A DNA stretch of 64,000 nucleotides from an uncultured Eubacteriales bacterium (GCA_964515475.1 CAZEVD010000001.1:156125-220124), one strand, 5' to 3'; shown: positions 28,728-38,993, counted from the stretch's first letter. Program-made: numbers and translations. Notes: generated from the sequence alone by a model not told the origin.

Positions 28728-29858
28728 ATGAATAAAGTAGTATTGGCAACTCCACATATGTCAAAAGAAGGATATGAACAAGAATATGTTAAAGAAGCTT
28801 TTGATACAAATTGGATTGCTCCACTTGGAGAAAACGTAAACAAATTTGAAGAAGGTATTGCAAATTATGTTGGTGTAAAATCAGCAGCCGCTTTGTCTTC
28901 TGGAAGTGCTGCACTTCACTTAGCACTTAAACGTGCTGGTGTGCAGAGAAACGATATCGTTTTGTGCCAATCGCTTACTTTTTCAGCTAGTGCAAATCCT
29001 ATTTTATACGAAGGGGCAATACCTGTTTTTATTGATAGCGAAAAAGAAAGTTGGAACATGGATCCTAAAGCTTTAAAGATTGCTTTAGAAAAATATCCAA
29101 ATGCAAAGGCGGTAATTGCTGTAAATTTATATGGCAATCCTGCAAAGCTTGATGAAATTTTAGAGATTTGTAACAAACATAATGTTACATTAATAGAAGA
29201 TGCGGCAGAAAGTTTGGGTTCAATTTATAAAGGAAAACAAACAGGAACTTTTGGTAAATATAATGCATTTTCATTCAATGGAAATAAGATTATTACAACA
29301 AGCGGTGGCGGAATGTTAGTTTCAGATGATGAAGAAGGAATTAATAAAGTTAGATTTTGGTCAACACAATCTAAAGAAAACGTTCCGTATTATCTGCATA
29401 AAGAAATTGGTTACAATTATAGAATGAGTAATATTTGTGCGGGAATTGGAAGAGGCCAATTAAAAGTTCTTGACGAAAGAATTGAAAAGAAAAACAAAAT
29501 ATATGAAAAGTATAAAGAAGCTCTAGAAAAAGATGGAGCATTTACAATGATTCCTGTTCCTGAAAATTCTAGACCTAATCACTGGTTATCTGTTGCAATT
29601 ATAAATGACGAAAAAATTACACCAACTGAGTTGATGGAAGCTTTGAAAGAAAAAGATATTGAAACAAGAAGAGTTTGGAATCCAATGCATTTGCAACCAA
29701 TATTTGAAAACAATGATTATATCAAAGCTTCTGAAGAAGATGTATCGAAATGGTTATTTGAAAGAGGAATTTGTTTACCAAGTGATACAAAAATGACAGA
29801 TGAAGAACAAGAATATGCAATAGATGAAATTTTAAAAGTAGTAAATAAGACAAAATAA
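28728..29858 (+). CDS. DegT/DnrJ/EryC1/StrS-family PLP aminotransferase (PglE-like, UDP-4-amino-4,6-dideoxy sugar)
   Basis: Family motifs throughout; pyridoxal Lys region FSFNGNKIITTSGGGM. Confidence 0.85.
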   Translation: MNKVVLATPHMSKEGYEQEYVKEAFDTNWIAPLGENVNKFEEGIANYVGVKSAAALSSGSAALHLALKRAGVQRNDIVLCQSLTFSASANPILYEGAIPVFIDSEKESWNMDPKALKIALEKYPNAKAVIAVNLYGNPAKLDEILEICNKHNVTLIEDAAESLGSIYKGKQTGTFGKYNAFSFNGNKIITTSGGGMLVSDDEEGINKVRFWSTQSKENVPYYLHKEIGYNYRMSNICAGIGRGQLKVLDERIEKKNKIYEKYKEALEKDGAFTMIPVPENSRPNHWLSVAIINDEKITPTELMEALKEKDIETRRVWNPMHLQPIFENNDYIKASEEDVSKWLFERGICLPSDTKMTDEEQEYAIDEILKVVNKTK

Positions 29859-29874
29859 AAGGAGCGCTATTTTA

Positions 29875-30486
29875 GTGTATAAAAATTTTATAAAAAGATT
29901 CTTAGACATACTTTTTAGTTTGATTTTACTAATAGTACTATCTCCAATTTTATTGGTGTTAATGATTATTGTAAGAATAAAACTTGGTTCGCCAATTTTC
30001 TTTAAACAAGAAAGACCAGGCAAAGATGGAAAAATATTTACGTTATATAAATTTAGAACGATGACTGATAAGAAAAATGAAAAGGGCGAATTACTTCCAG
30101 ATTCAGAAAGACTTACTTCATTCGGAAAGTTGCTTAGAAGTACAAGTTTAGACGAACTTCCAGAATTAATTAATATTCTAAAAGGCGATATGAGTTTTAT
30201 AGGACCAAGACCTTTATTAGTGGAATATTTGGAACTTTATAATGAAGAACAAAAACATCGTCATGATGTTAGACCTGGTCTTACTGGTTTGGCACAGGTT
30301 GAAGGAAGAAATTTATTATCGTGGGAAGAACGTTTTAAATTAGATGTGAAGTATGTTGAAAATGTAGGTTTTATTAATGATATAAAAATTATATTAAAAA
30401 CTATAGGTGTGGTTTTTAAAAGAGAAGGTGTTTCTTCGGCAACTTCTAGCACTATGGAAAAATTTACAGGGACAAAAGAAAAATAA
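29875..30486 (+). CDS. Undecaprenyl-phosphate sugar phosphotransferase (PglC-like small bacterial sugar transferase), GTG start
   Basis: KRFLDILFSLILL..PIFFKQERPGKDGKIFTLYKFRTM canonical block. Confidence 0.85.
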   Translation: MYKNFIKRFLDILFSLILLIVLSPILLVLMIIVRIKLGSPIFFKQERPGKDGKIFTLYKFRTMTDKKNEKGELLPDSERLTSFGKLLRSTSLDELPELINILKGDMSFIGPRPLLVEYLELYNEEQKHRHDVRPGLTGLAQVEGRNLLSWEERFKLDVKYVENVGFINDIKIILKTIGVVFKREGVSSATSSTMEKFTGTKEK

Positions 30487-30509
30487 TTATATTGGAGGGT
30501 GTTATACAT

Positions 30510-31631
30510 ATGAAAAAGGTTTTGTTTGTTGCTTCAGTAACAAGACATATTACAACATTTCATGTTCCATACTTAAAATATTTTAAAGATAATGGCTATG
30601 AGGTTCATGTTGCAAGTTATGGAGAAAGACCAATTCCTCATTGTGATAAACATTTTAATTTAGAATTTCAAAGATCACCTTTTAAGGCAAGTAATATAAA
30701 GGCGTATAAAGAGCTTAAAAAAATTATAAATGAAGAAAAATATGAAATTATACATTGTCACACACCTGTTGCAAGTGTTTTGACAAGACTTGCTGCAAAG
30801 AAAACAAGAAAAGAAAATGGTACGCGTGTGATTTATACGGCTCATGGTTTTCATTTTTACAAAGGTGCTCCAAAGAAAAATTGGATGATTTATTATCCAA
30901 TTGAAAAATATTTATCAAAGTATACAGATACTTTAATAACAATTAATTATGAAGACTATGAGATTGCAAAAGAAAAATTTCATGCAAAACAAATTGAACA
31001 TGTTCATGGCGTAGGAATAGATGAGAGAAAATTCACAGGTATGATATCAGATGATGAGATAAAAGCTTTTAAAGCAGGATTATCTTTAAAGCCATTAGAC
31101 TATGTAATCACATATGTTGCGGAGTTAAATAATAATAAAAATCAGATGATGATTATTCGAGCTATGAAAGAAGTTGTTCGTAAGCATCGCAGCGTAAAAG
31201 TTCTTTTAGTTGGTGATGGGGTATACGAAGAAAAACTTCGTGCTGAAATTAAAAAGAATCTGTTGCAAAACAATGTTTTGTTATTGGGATATAGAACAGA
31301 TATACCGATGCTTCTTAGAATATCTGATTTATACGTTGCAACGAGTAAAAGAGAAGGTTTGCCTGTAAATATTTTAGAAGCCATTTGTGCAGGACTTCCT
31401 CTTTTAGTTACAGACTCAAGAGGGCAAAGAGAACTTGTTGAAGATGGTGTAAACGGATATTTAGTTAGAAATAATGACTATGAAGATTTGGTACAAAAAA
31501 TAAATAATGTTTATTCAGATTTCAAAATTAGAAATCATTTTAGACAAAATTCTAGAGCAAATCTTTCTAAGTATCTTATAGAAAATGTTTTTGAAGAAAT
31601 GAAAAAGATTTACAACATAGAAGGAGTATAA
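30510..31631 (+). CDS. Glycosyltransferase family 4 (GT-B)
   Basis: GT4 C-terminal E..E motif region (REGLPVNILEAICAGLPLLVTD); start 30510. Confidence 0.8.
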   Translation: MKKVLFVASVTRHITTFHVPYLKYFKDNGYEVHVASYGERPIPHCDKHFNLEFQRSPFKASNIKAYKELKKIINEEKYEIIHCHTPVASVLTRLAAKKTRKENGTRVIYTAHGFHFYKGAPKKNWMIYYPIEKYLSKYTDTLITINYEDYEIAKEKFHAKQIEHVHGVGIDERKFTGMISDDEIKAFKAGLSLKPLDYVITYVAELNNNKNQMMIIRAMKEVVRKHRSVKVLLVGDGVYEEKLRAEIKKNLLQNNVLLLGYRTDIPMLLRISDLYVATSKREGLPVNILEAICAGLPLLVTDSRGQRELVEDGVNGYLVRNNDYEDLVQKINNVYSDFKIRNHFRQNSRANLSKYLIENVFEEMKKIYNIEGV

Positions 31632-31634
31632 TCT

Positions 31635-32252
31635 ATGAAAGATGTAATTATTATAGGTGCAGGCGGTCACGCTAAAGTTATTGCTGATATTGTTATAAGA
31701 AGTAATGATAACTTAATAGGTTTTTTAGATGACAGTAAACCATTTGGAACAAAAGTACTTGGCGATTATGAAGTTTTAGGATCAACAAATTTAATTGAAT
31801 CGATAAAAGGTGAAAATAAATTTTTCATAATTGCTATAGGAGATAATTTTATACGAAAAGAATTTTATAAAAAATATGATGTGAATTATTATACCGCAAT
31901 ACATCCTACAGCAATAATTGGAACTGATGTTGAGATTGCTGAAGGAACTTGCGTAATGCCAAATGCTTGTATTAATGCAAATTCAAAAATTGGAAAGTGT
32001 TGTATCATTAATTCTGGAGCTTTGGTAGAACATGATTGCGTGCTTGCTGATTTTGTTCATATATCCCCAACAGCAACTCTTTGTGGAACTGTTAAAATTG
32101 GAGAGCTGACTCAAATTGGAGCAAGAGCGACGGTGAGAAATAATGTAACAATTGGAGAAGAAATTCTTATTGGAATGGGAGCAACAGTTGTTAAAGACAT
32201 ATTAGATAAAGGTACTTATGTGGGAACACCTGCAAAATTAAAAGAAGACTAA
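31635..32252 (+). CDS. Hexapeptide-repeat sugar N/O-acetyltransferase (PglD/NeuD family)
   Basis: MKDVIIIGAGGHAKV Rossmann-like N-term + left-handed beta-helix repeats. Confidence 0.8.
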   Translation: MKDVIIIGAGGHAKVIADIVIRSNDNLIGFLDDSKPFGTKVLGDYEVLGSTNLIESIKGENKFFIIAIGDNFIRKEFYKKYDVNYYTAIHPTAIIGTDVEIAEGTCVMPNACINANSKIGKCCIINSGALVEHDCVLADFVHISPTATLCGTVKIGELTQIGARATVRNNVTIGEEILIGMGATVVKDILDKGTYVGTPAKLKED

Positions 32253-32263
32253 GGAGGATTTTT

Positions 32264-33112
32264 TTGAAGACAACTTTAAAATTATTAAGAGTAAAGCATT
32301 ATATAAAAAACATTTTAATATTTATACCTTTTATTTTTGGAACAGTATTAAATTTTGCTAGAGTAGGAAATATGTTTATCGCTTTCTTTGCATTCTCTTT
32401 TATGGCTTCTGCTATATATATAATAAATGATTTAAAAGATATCGAGAAAGATAAACTTCATCCAAAAAAATGTTTACGTCCTATTGCGAGTGGAAAAGTT
32501 TCAAAGAAAACTGCAATAATAATTGCGATTTTAATGTTTTTTTGTTCAATAGTTTTAAATTTTTTTGCAGCAAATACATGGCAATCATATATGTGGCTTT
32601 CAATATATTTTGTTGTTAATTTGTTGTATAGTTTAAAGCTAAAAAATGTTCCTGTAATAGACATTGCTATTTTAGTTGCGTTTTATATTATTAGAGTATA
32701 TTACGGTGCAGCTGTTGCCGAGGTTCCCGTAAGTAGTTGGCTTTATTTAACTATTATGTCTGGAGCATTATTCTTAGCTTTTAGTAAACGTAGAAATGAA
32801 CTTAAGATAAAAGGTGCAGAAGCAAGAAACGTATTAAGATTTTATACTATTGATTATCTAGATAAATTTATGTATATGAGTTTAGCTGTAACAATTGCTT
32901 TTTATTCATTGTGGACAGTCGAACATACAAATAAATTATATCCTTATACAATTCCTTTTGTATTGTTGATTTGTATAAGATATTGCTTAGTAGTTGAAAC
33001 AACAGATAACGATGATCCTGTTGAAATTGTAACAAAGGATAAAATGCTAATTTTATTTGAGGTATTATTTCTTTTGTTTGGTGTGGCTATTACAATATTT
33101 AATATTTTTTAA
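32264..33112 (+). CDS. UbiA-family prenyl-phosphate 5-phosphoribosyltransferase-like protein (homolog of mycobacterial DPPR synthase Rv3806c), TTG start
   Basis: KHYIKNILIF and NDLKDIEKDKLHPKKCLRPIASGKVS closely parallel the DPPR synthase motif NDxxDxxxDxxHPxKxxRPIA. Confidence 0.65.
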   Translation: MKTTLKLLRVKHYIKNILIFIPFIFGTVLNFARVGNMFIAFFAFSFMASAIYIINDLKDIEKDKLHPKKCLRPIASGKVSKKTAIIIAILMFFCSIVLNFFAANTWQSYMWLSIYFVVNLLYSLKLKNVPVIDIAILVAFYIIRVYYGAAVAEVPVSSWLYLTIMSGALFLAFSKRRNELKIKGAEARNVLRFYTIDYLDKFMYMSLAVTIAFYSLWTVEHTNKLYPYTIPFVLLICIRYCLVVETTDNDDPVEIVTKDKMLILFEVLFLLFGVAITIFNIF

Positions 33113-33128
33113 TAGGAGATAAAAATAA

Positions 33129-33695
33129 ATGAATGCATATGATTTTGATGGAACAATATATGACGGTGATTCGGGGATGGATTTTGTTAAGTATGCTTTA
33201 TCCAAAAGACCGTTTTTGGTATTATTTCATTTGTTAAAATGTACAAAACCCGCGATAGAATATAAGCTTGGTAAGATTGATTTCAAAACAGCCAAAAGTA
33301 AAGTTTTTTCTTTTGTTAGTAAAATAGATAATTTGGAAGAAATGACAAAATCTTTTGCAGAAAAAAATAAACATAAAATAAAAATGTATTATCCAGATAA
33401 TAAAAAAGAAGATGACATAGTAATAAGTGCATCTTTAGATTTTTATTTATTACCACTATGCAAAGCAATTGGTTTAAGCAATGTAATGTGTACTAAATAT
33501 GATGTGAAAACAGGGAGTATTGTTGGTGAGAATTGTAAAGGCGAAGAAAAGGTAAAGCGTTTTGAAGAAGTTTATGGAAAAGATGCAATAATTGAAAATG
33601 CATATGGAGACAGTAAAGGTGATATTCAATTGCTTAATAGAGCGCAAAAAGGATTTATGATAGTAAAACAAGAAGTTATAGAATATAAAGGTTAA
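33129..33695 (+). CDS. HAD-superfamily hydrolase (putative phosphatase)
   Basis: N-terminal DxDGT (YDFDGTIYDGD). Confidence 0.55.
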   Translation: MNAYDFDGTIYDGDSGMDFVKYALSKRPFLVLFHLLKCTKPAIEYKLGKIDFKTAKSKVFSFVSKIDNLEEMTKSFAEKNKHKIKMYYPDNKKEDDIVISASLDFYLLPLCKAIGLSNVMCTKYDVKTGSIVGENCKGEEKVKRFEEVYGKDAIIENAYGDSKGDIQLLNRAQKGFMIVKQEVIEYKG

Positions 33696-33708
33696 GGGGG
33701 AGAATAGT

Positions 33709-34749
33709 GTGGAAAAAGTTTTTATAACAGGTGGAAGCGGATTTCTGGGAATAAATCTAATAAGGATGCTTCTTGAAAAAGGATATGAAGTTGTTTCTTT
33801 GGATTTGTTACCTTTTGAATATGAAGATTGTAAGGATAAAATTAAATGGGTTGTTGGAGATATTAGAAATAAGGAAACGGTTGATGAGTGTACGAAAGGT
33901 GTGGACTATGTAGTGCATTGTGCTGCAGCATTACCTCTTTATAAAAAAGAAGATATTTTTTCAACAGATATAGATGGTAGCAGAAATGTAGTGCAAAGTG
34001 CATATGAACACAAAGTAAAAAGATTTATTCAAATTTCTTCAACTGCTGTTTACGGCATTCCTGATCATCATCCTTTAGTTGAAGAAGATAAGTTAGATGG
34101 TGTTGGACCATATGGTGTCGCTAAAATCGAAGCTGAAAAAGTTTGTGCTGAATATAGAGAAAAAGGTTTACCAACAGCAATAATTAGACCTAAATCATTT
34201 GTTGGACCTGAAAGATTAGGAGTTTTTGCATTGTTTTATGAATGGGCAAAAGATGGTCACGGTTTTCCAATGATAGGTAGCGGAAATAACAGATATCAAC
34301 TTTTAGATGTTGAAGATTTATGCGATATGATTTTAACTTGCATGACAATCGATGAAGAAAAAATGAATGATACATTTAATATTGGAGCTAAAGAATTCAC
34401 AACAATGAAAGAAGATTATCAAGTTGTTTTGGATAAAGCGGGATTTGGAAAGAAAATTCATGGTTTTCCGGCAGCACCTGCTATTTGGGGTCTAAGATTT
34501 TTAGAATTGTTGCATCTTTCGCCACTTTACAAATGGGTATATGAAACTGCTTCAAAAGATTCGTTTGTATCTATTGAAAAAGCTGAGAATAAATTAGGAT
34601 ATAAACCAAAATATTCCAATAAAGACGCTCTTTTAAGAAATTATGATTGGTATTTAAAAAATTATGAGAAATTCGAAGGGCAAACAGGTGTAAATCACAG
34701 AGTTCCATGGAAGCAAGGTGCTCTTAAAATAATAAAAATGTTTTATTAA
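33709..34749 (+). CDS. NAD-dependent epimerase/dehydratase (extended SDR)
   Basis: ITGGSGFLGINLIRML; YxxxK region (YGVAK). Confidence 0.8.
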   Translation: MEKVFITGGSGFLGINLIRMLLEKGYEVVSLDLLPFEYEDCKDKIKWVVGDIRNKETVDECTKGVDYVVHCAAALPLYKKEDIFSTDIDGSRNVVQSAYEHKVKRFIQISSTAVYGIPDHHPLVEEDKLDGVGPYGVAKIEAEKVCAEYREKGLPTAIIRPKSFVGPERLGVFALFYEWAKDGHGFPMIGSGNNRYQLLDVEDLCDMILTCMTIDEEKMNDTFNIGAKEFTTMKEDYQVVLDKAGFGKKIHGFPAAPAIWGLRFLELLHLSPLYKWVYETASKDSFVSIEKAENKLGYKPKYSNKDALLRNYDWYLKNYEKFEGQTGVNHRVPWKQGALKIIKMFY

Positions 34750-34799
34750 TGCGTATTTTATGATATAAATATATTGAAAAAATTTAAGGAGGTTTTTTT

Positions 34800-35510
34800 A
34801 TGCCAAAGGCAAAGTACAAGAGAGTTCTACTAAAACTTAGTGGTGAAGCAATGTCTGGACCAAATGGATTTGGAATAGATGCTGACACACTTGGAAACAT
34901 TTGTGATTACATTAAGAAAATTGTAGATATGGGTGTTGAAGTTGCTATTGTTGTAGGTGGTGGAAATTTTTGGAGAGGAAGACAAGCTCATAAAATGGAA
35001 AGAACTACAGCAGATTACATGGGAATGCTTGCGACTATAATGAACGGTCAAGCATTACAAGATGCTTTGGAATATAGAGGTTTGGATACAAGACTTCAAA
35101 CATCTATTGAAATGAGTCAAATTGCTGAACCTTACATAAGAAGAAAAGCTGTTAGACACTTAGAAAAAGGAAGAGTTGTAATATTTTCTGGTGGTACAGG
35201 AAATCCATTTTTCTCGACAGATACTTGTGCTGCGCTAAGAGCAAGTGAGATAAATGCCGAAATTATATTGTTTGGAAAAACTATTGATGGTGTTTATGAT
35301 TCAGATCCAAAAGAAAATCCAAATGCGAAGAAATATGATTCAATATCTTATACAGAAATATTGAAAAACAACTTAAAAGTAATTGATTCTACTGCAGCAT
35401 CTTTATGTAGAGATAATAAAATGCCAACTATGATTTTTGCTTTGAAGAATGCGGAAGACTTAATTAAAGCTGTTTCTGGTGAAAACATCGGAACAATAAT
35501 AAGTGAATAA
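34800..35510 (+). CDS. pyrH: UMP kinase
   Basis: [12 protein letters not shown] and amino-acid kinase fold motifs. Confidence 0.9.
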   Translation: MPKAKYKRVLLKLSGEAMSGPNGFGIDADTLGNICDYIKKIVDMGVEVAIVVGGGNFWRGRQAHKMERTTADYMGMLATIMNGQALQDALEYRGLDTRLQTSIEMSQIAEPYIRRKAVRHLEKGRVVIFSGGTGNPFFSTDTCAALRASEINAEIILFGKTIDGVYDSDPKENPNAKKYDSISYTEILKNNLKVIDSTAASLCRDNKMPTMIFALKNAEDLIKAVSGENIGTIISE

Positions 35511-35546
35511 GGCGACAATGTCGTTATTTTGAAAGGGGAATTTTAT

Positions 35547-36092
35547 ATGTATTCACACATAGAAGAAAAAATGAAAAAAACTTTAGGAGCTTTAGATAAT
35601 CAATTAGCAGAAATTAGAGCTGGTCGTGCTAATCCAAAAATATTGGATAGAATAATGGTTAGTTATTATGGTGTTCCAACACCAATTAATCAAGTTGCTA
35701 ATATCATGGTTCCAGAAGCTAGAATGATTACTATTCAACCATGGGATGGTAGTTTATTAAAAGAAATCGAAAAAGAAATTCAAAAAGCTGATTTAGGAAT
35801 AAATCCAACAAATGATGGAAAATGCATTAGACTTGTTTTCCCAGAATTAACAGAAGAAAGAAGAAAATCTTTGGTTAAAGATATTAAAAAGATTTCTGAA
35901 GATAATAAGATTGCTATTAGAAGTATCAGAAGAGACGGTATTGAAGAATTTAAAGCAAAACAAAAAGCTAGTGAAATTACAGAGGATGATTTAAGAGACG
36001 CTGAAGATAAAATTCAAAAATTAACAGACAAGTATGTTGATAAAATCGATGAAGCTTGTGCTGCTAAAGAAAAAGAAATTATGACTGTATAA
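35547..36092 (+). CDS. frr: Ribosome recycling factor (start 35547; the track ORF from 35529 is an upstream extension)
   Basis: Collinear with B. subtilis RRF (AEIRAGRANPKILD, VPEARMITIQPWD). Confidence 0.9.
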   Translation: MYSHIEEKMKKTLGALDNQLAEIRAGRANPKILDRIMVSYYGVPTPINQVANIMVPEARMITIQPWDGSLLKEIEKEIQKADLGINPTNDGKCIRLVFPELTEERRKSLVKDIKKISEDNKIAIRSIRRDGIEEFKAKQKASEITEDDLRDAEDKIQKLTDKYVDKIDEACAAKEKEIMTV

Positions 36093-36162
36093 ATTTGTTT
36101 TGATGGGGTGAGCAGAATTATCTTCTCACCCTTGCTATAATATTGGAGAGGGGACTAATAAT

Positions 36163-36870
36163 ATGAGTGAAGAAAGAAGAATACCAGAACATATAGCGAT
36201 AATACTAGATGGTAACAGAAGATGGGCTAAACAAAGAGGATTACCTTCTTTGCAAGGACATACAGAAGGAGCAAATAACTTAGAAAAAATTGCAAGTTAT
36301 TGTAATAAAATAGGTGTTAAATATTTAACAGTATATGCTTTTTCAACAGAGAATTGGAAAAGATCTGAAGAAGAAGTTGGATATTTAATGAAACTTTTTG
36401 AAAAATATTTAGCTGATTTTGAAACTAAGTTTAAAGATTCAACTGCTAGAATCAGACTTGCTGGTGGAATTGAAAGATTACCAGAAAATCTTCAAGAGGG
36501 AGTTAGAAGAATTGAAGAGAAAACAAAGAATAATACAGGTTTAACTTTAAATCTTTGTATTAATTATGGTGGTAGAGATGAGATTGTTAATGCTACAAAG
36601 ATACTTGCAGAGCAAGTTAAAAATGGTGAGATAGCAACAGAAGATATTACAGAAGAATTATTTGCAAAATATCTTAGAACAAAAGATGCTCCAGATCCAG
36701 ATTTAATGATTAGAGCTGGTGGAGAACAAAGACTTAGTGGCTTTTTATTATGGCAAACATCTTATTCAGAATTATATTTTGCAGATCCTATGTGGCCTGA
36801 TTTTAATGAAGAAGAATTAGAAAAAGCTATAGATGAATTCAATAGTAGAAAAAGAAGATTTGGAAAATAA
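36163..36870 (+). CDS. uppS: Undecaprenyl diphosphate synthase (isoprenyl transferase)
   Basis: IPEHIAIILDGNRRWAKQRGLP. Confidence 0.9.
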   Translation: MSEERRIPEHIAIILDGNRRWAKQRGLPSLQGHTEGANNLEKIASYCNKIGVKYLTVYAFSTENWKRSEEEVGYLMKLFEKYLADFETKFKDSTARIRLAGGIERLPENLQEGVRRIEEKTKNNTGLTLNLCINYGGRDEIVNATKILAEQVKNGEIATEDITEELFAKYLRTKDAPDPDLMIRAGGEQRLSGFLLWQTSYSELYFADPMWPDFNEEELEKAIDEFNSRKRRFGK

Positions 36871-36916
36871 TTTGTGTAATCTTGTAATTTAAAAGTTCAA
36901 AGAGGAGGAAAATTAT

Positions 36917-37720
36917 ATGGCTAAGAGAGTTATTTCTGCTATTGTTGGATTGGGTGTTTTAATTTTTGTTTTTATTTTTAATAATTTGACAATAATGAAT
37001 ATAGCACTTGCAATTGTAGCTTTAATGGCGCTTGCGGAATTTTATCATGCTTTTGAGCAAAAAGGATTTAAACCAATAAAAATACCAGGATATATATTGT
37101 CCCTTGGAATTATCATGATAGGCTTAGTAGAAGCTGAAATATTAAAACCAATTTTATTTATGACTTTACCGGTATTAATTTTTATATATTTTTGCAAATC
37201 AATTTTTACGAATATGAAAGTGAACATTGTTGATATTTGTATTTCAATTTTGGGTGTTATATATGTTCCTTTTTTATTTAGTTTTATTTCTTTTACTAGA
37301 AGTTTAACTAATGGAGAATATTTTGTTTGGTTTATTTTAGGTGGTGCTTGGCTAACTGATACATTTGCTTACTTGGTTGGTGTGAAATTTGGTAAACACA
37401 AGTTTTCGAAAATAAGTCCAAAGAAATCTATTGAAGGTTGTATTGGTGGAGTTTTGGGTTGCATGTTATTTTTTGGAATATATGCATATTATTTGAATAG
37501 TATAAACATTGAAATGAACTGGATTCTGATGACGTTTTTAGGAATGTTAATAAGTGTGATATCTCAAATTGGAGATTTTGCGGCTTCATCAATCAAAAGA
37601 TTTTGTGAAGTAAAAGATTTTGGTTCGATAATGCCAGGACATGGAGGAGCTCTTGATAGATTTGATAGTGTTATTATGATAGCTCCGTTTATTTATTTTA
37701 TTTTTCAATTTATTGTTTAA
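36917..37720 (+). CDS. cdsA: Phosphatidate cytidylyltransferase
   Basis: CTP_transf_1 C-terminal signature (SIKRFCEVKDFGSIMPGHGGALDRFDS). Confidence 0.85.
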   Translation: MAKRVISAIVGLGVLIFVFIFNNLTIMNIALAIVALMALAEFYHAFEQKGFKPIKIPGYILSLGIIMIGLVEAEILKPILFMTLPVLIFIYFCKSIFTNMKVNIVDICISILGVIYVPFLFSFISFTRSLTNGEYFVWFILGGAWLTDTFAYLVGVKFGKHKFSKISPKKSIEGCIGGVLGCMLFFGIYAYYLNSINIEMNWILMTFLGMLISVISQIGDFAASSIKRFCEVKDFGSIMPGHGGALDRFDSVIMIAPFIYFIFQFIV

Positions 37721-37729
37721 GGAGAAGAT

Positions 37730-38980
37730 ATGATTATTTTTACATGGCTATTTAATTTGTTGAAAATTGTTGTGATTTTAGGGACTCTAATTACAATTCA
37801 CGAGTTGGGTCATTTTATTGTTGCAAAGCTATGTGATGTAAAGGTAAATAAGTTTTCAATTGGTTTTGGTCCAAAACTTTTGAAAAAAACTTCGGGCGAA
37901 ACGGAATATACGCTTCGCCTTATTCCTTTTGGTGGCTTTGTTCAAATGGAGGGGGAAGAACTACGCTCGGATGATAAAAGAGCGTTTAATAATAAGAAAA
38001 TATGGCAACGTATTGCAATTGTTGCTGCGGGAGCAATTGTAAATATTGTTTTTGCACTACTTATTTATTTTACAATTGCATCTGTGAATAATTCGTATTA
38101 TTCGACTGAAGTTACAGGCCTTGCAGATGGACCATTGTATGAAGCTGGAATCAGAAGCGGAGATGTAATTTTAAAAGTAAATGATAAAAAAGTTTTAATG
38201 CAAGGCGATATTCAAACTATCATTGAAGAAAACGAGAGTGATGAATTTTTATTTACTATTCAAAGAAGTGGAGAAATTTTAGAGATACCAGTTACAATTC
38301 CATATACTGAAACTGGCTATCTGGGTGTTGCTTTCTATGAAAGTGGAGAAATTATGTATTTAGTTAATGGATCACCAGCTTCTAAAATGGACTTGTTACC
38401 TGGAGATGTTGCAATAGCTGTTAATGATAAAGAATATTCAAATTCAGCAGAATTAATTGGAGCTATAAGAGAAATAAAAAATTCACCTATAACAATTGAT
38501 GTTGTAAGAAACGGTGAAGTTCTAAAAGTAGAAGGAAATACAGAAACTACATCATATCGTTTATATTCATTAGATTGTGTAGTTATTGAACCTGGTTTTT
38601 GGAAAGGTTTAAAGTATGCATGTAATACAACTGAATTTTATTTAACAGCAACTGTAGTTGGTACTTTTGAGATATTCACAGGTCAAGCAGAAAATGTAGA
38701 AGTAATGGGGCCTGTTGGTATTGCTGAAAAAATTTCAGAAACTAGTGCGTGGGAAGATTTCTTTTATTTAATGTCTGCAATAAGCTTAAGTTTGGGAATA
38801 TTTAATTTACTTCCTGTTCCAGCATTAGATGGTGGAAGAATTTTGATTTTAGTAATAGAAGGTATAAGAAGAAAACCGATGAAAGAATCTATTGAGCAAG
38901 GATTAATTTTAGCTGGTTTTGCAGTGATAATATTACTTGCTTTAGTAATAACAATAAGTGACGTAATAAAATTATTTTAA
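37730..38980 (+). CDS. rseP: RIP zinc metalloprotease RseP (site-2 protease with PDZ domain)
   Basis: HELGHF zinc motif, PDZ, LPVPALDGG motif. Confidence 0.85.
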   Translation: MIIFTWLFNLLKIVVILGTLITIHELGHFIVAKLCDVKVNKFSIGFGPKLLKKTSGETEYTLRLIPFGGFVQMEGEELRSDDKRAFNNKKIWQRIAIVAAGAIVNIVFALLIYFTIASVNNSYYSTEVTGLADGPLYEAGIRSGDVILKVNDKKVLMQGDIQTIIEENESDEFLFTIQRSGEILEIPVTIPYTETGYLGVAFYESGEIMYLVNGSPASKMDLLPGDVAIAVNDKEYSNSAELIGAIREIKNSPITIDVVRNGEVLKVEGNTETTSYRLYSLDCVVIEPGFWKGLKYACNTTEFYLTATVVGTFEIFTGQAENVEVMGPVGIAEKISETSAWEDFFYLMSAISLSLGIFNLLPVPALDGGRILILVIEGIRRKPMKESIEQGLILAGFAVIILLALVITISDVIKLF

Positions 38981-38993
38981 AGGGTGATAAAAG

